Assembly (NCBI GenBank): GCA_964478235.1
Contig: CAYZGX010000003.1
Location: forward strand, 5,914-69,913
From: an uncultured Gammaproteobacteria bacterium
GTDB lineage: Bacteria > Patescibacteriota > Patescibacteriia > Magasanikbacterales > GWA2-37-8
Reading direction: 5' to 3'
Length of the DNA stretch: 64,000 nucleotides
The position numbers were made by a program, and so were the translations under genes. Position 1 is the first letter of the stretch, and each line of letters opens with the position of its first letter. Under the pieces are notes generated by a model that had not been told where the DNA came from, ran no database searches, and saw nothing but the letters and a program-made list of their open reading frames with translations. This document shows positions 63,255 through 64,000 of the stretch, one piece after another.

Positions 63255-64000
63255 ATGCCTATTTTCAAGCATCAAAAGGTCAAAAGCGAAGAACGTAAGT
63301 TCTTGAGTGAGGTCAAACCAGTACCAGAAACCGATCTCATCGAGATTCAAAAAAATTCCTATGCCTGGTTTTTGAAACACGGCATCAAAGAATTGTTTGA
63401 AGAAGTTTCCCCAATCACCGACTTCTCTGGTCGCGATTTGGAACTCTCTCTCGAAGATTATTATCTCGACGAGCCTCGCTTTGACGAAGTCACCTGTCGT
63501 GAACGCAACATTACCTACGAAGCTCCCCTTCGTGTTACTGCTAAGTTGGCCAACAAACGCACCAATCAAGTAAAAGCTCAAGAAATTTATTTGGGCGATA
63601 TCCCAGCGATGACTGAACGCGGGACGTTTGTGATTAACGGTATTGAACGTGTTGTTGTGTCTCAGCTTATTCGCTCAGCTGGTGCTTTTTTCACTGCTGA
63701 AAATGTTCGCGGTCGTCGTTATTATGGCGCGAAAATTATTCCAAACCGCGGTGCTTGGATTGAAGTAGAAACTGACAGTAACAACGTTCTCTGGATCAAA
63801 GTTGATCGCAAACGCAAGGTGGCAGCAACATCACTTCTCCGTGCATTTGGTTATGAATCCGACGAACAAATCATGGAGCTCTTCAAAGACGTGAACAAGC
63901 ATCCAAACATTGATTTTGTTGATGCAACTATCAAAAAAGATTTAGCTAAAACCATGGACGAAGGCTTAATTGAAGTCTACAAACGTATTCGTCCAGGTGA
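63255..64000 (+). CDS. rpoB: DNA-directed RNA polymerase beta subunit, N-terminal part (continues past the window end)
   Basis: MPIFKHQKVK...TDLIEIQKNSYAWFL...RVTAKL...GTFVINGIERVVVSQLIRS is the RpoB N-terminus. No stop in the window, so absent from the ORF track. Confidence 0.9.
   Translation, partial: MPIFKHQKVKSEERKFLSEVKPVPETDLIEIQKNSYAWFLKHGIKELFEEVSPITDFSGRDLELSLEDYYLDEPRFDEVTCRERNITYEAPLRVTAKLANKRTNQVKAQEIYLGDIPAMTERGTFVINGIERVVVSQLIRSAGAFFTAENVRGRRYYGAKIIPNRGAWIEVETDSNNVLWIKVDRKRKVAATSLLRAFGYESDEQIMELFKDVNKHPNIDFVDATIKKDLAKTMDEGLIEVYKRIRPG

Noticed and set aside
63165-63581. 138-aa minus-strand ORF
   Set aside because: It is antisense to the unmistakable N-terminus of rpoB.
1-64000. 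Search for mobile-element genes (transposase, integrase, recombinase, RT) and toxin-antitoxin pairs
   Set aside because: No ORF shows DDE/HUH transposase, tyrosine or serine recombinase, or reverse-transcriptase motifs. The GC-rich island and the tRNA-end repeats are therefore reported as compositional and structural anomalies only, not as annotated mobile elements.

Overview
This window is a low-GC, gene-dense bacterial chromosome segment with short intergenic regions and many Rho-independent terminators. Its gene content is reduced and housekeeping-biased. I infer, with low confidence, a Patescibacteria/CPR-like or similarly streamlined organism.

Genes I can support from the sequence:
- LysM/M23 peptidase, polA, holA, rpsT, rmuC, a TrmB-like regulator, ychF.
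- rpsF-ssb-rpsR, epmA-efp, tdk, a Zwf-Gnd fusion, ribH, ribE, msrB-msrA, mscL, recA, a RodZ-like protein, ftsK and the 5' end of rpoB.
- A TPP-enzyme plus aldehyde dehydrogenase pair.
- A DoxX protein with a Cys-rich tail next to a type II NADH dehydrogenase.
- A pilB-pilC-pilM-pilN-pilO type IV pilus assembly operon.
- A copper-homeostasis operon (csoR, DUF305, copA, an HMA-membrane protein, a cupredoxin-like protein) with a recognisable CsoR operator.
- A VKOR plus two DsbA-like genes.
- A surface-protein locus: a Wzy_C/TPR membrane protein, two secreted proteins and a 1106-aa multidomain surface protein.
- An ECF sigma/anti-sigma pair.
- Six tRNA genes: Cys-GCA, Arg-CCT, Ala-GGC, Gly-TCC, Gly-GCC and Met-CAT.

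The most anomalous feature is a ~1.3 kb GC-rich island at 49.4-50.8 kb. It encodes a Lys/Glu/Ala/Pro-rich protein with extreme G/C third-position codon bias, and it sits between mscL and a tRNA-Gly/tRNA-Met operon. It is bracketed by perfect hairpins and a large dyad-symmetric element, and is probably horizontally acquired.

I also flag:
- A compact multi-hairpin GC-rich candidate ncRNA downstream of tRNA-Cys that carries two partial copies of the tRNA 3' end.
- Palindromes embedded in the TrmB-like gene.
- A DnaA-box/palindrome cluster near tRNA-Arg.
- Two further unexplained structured segments.

I found no CRISPR array, transposase, integrase or reverse transcriptase.
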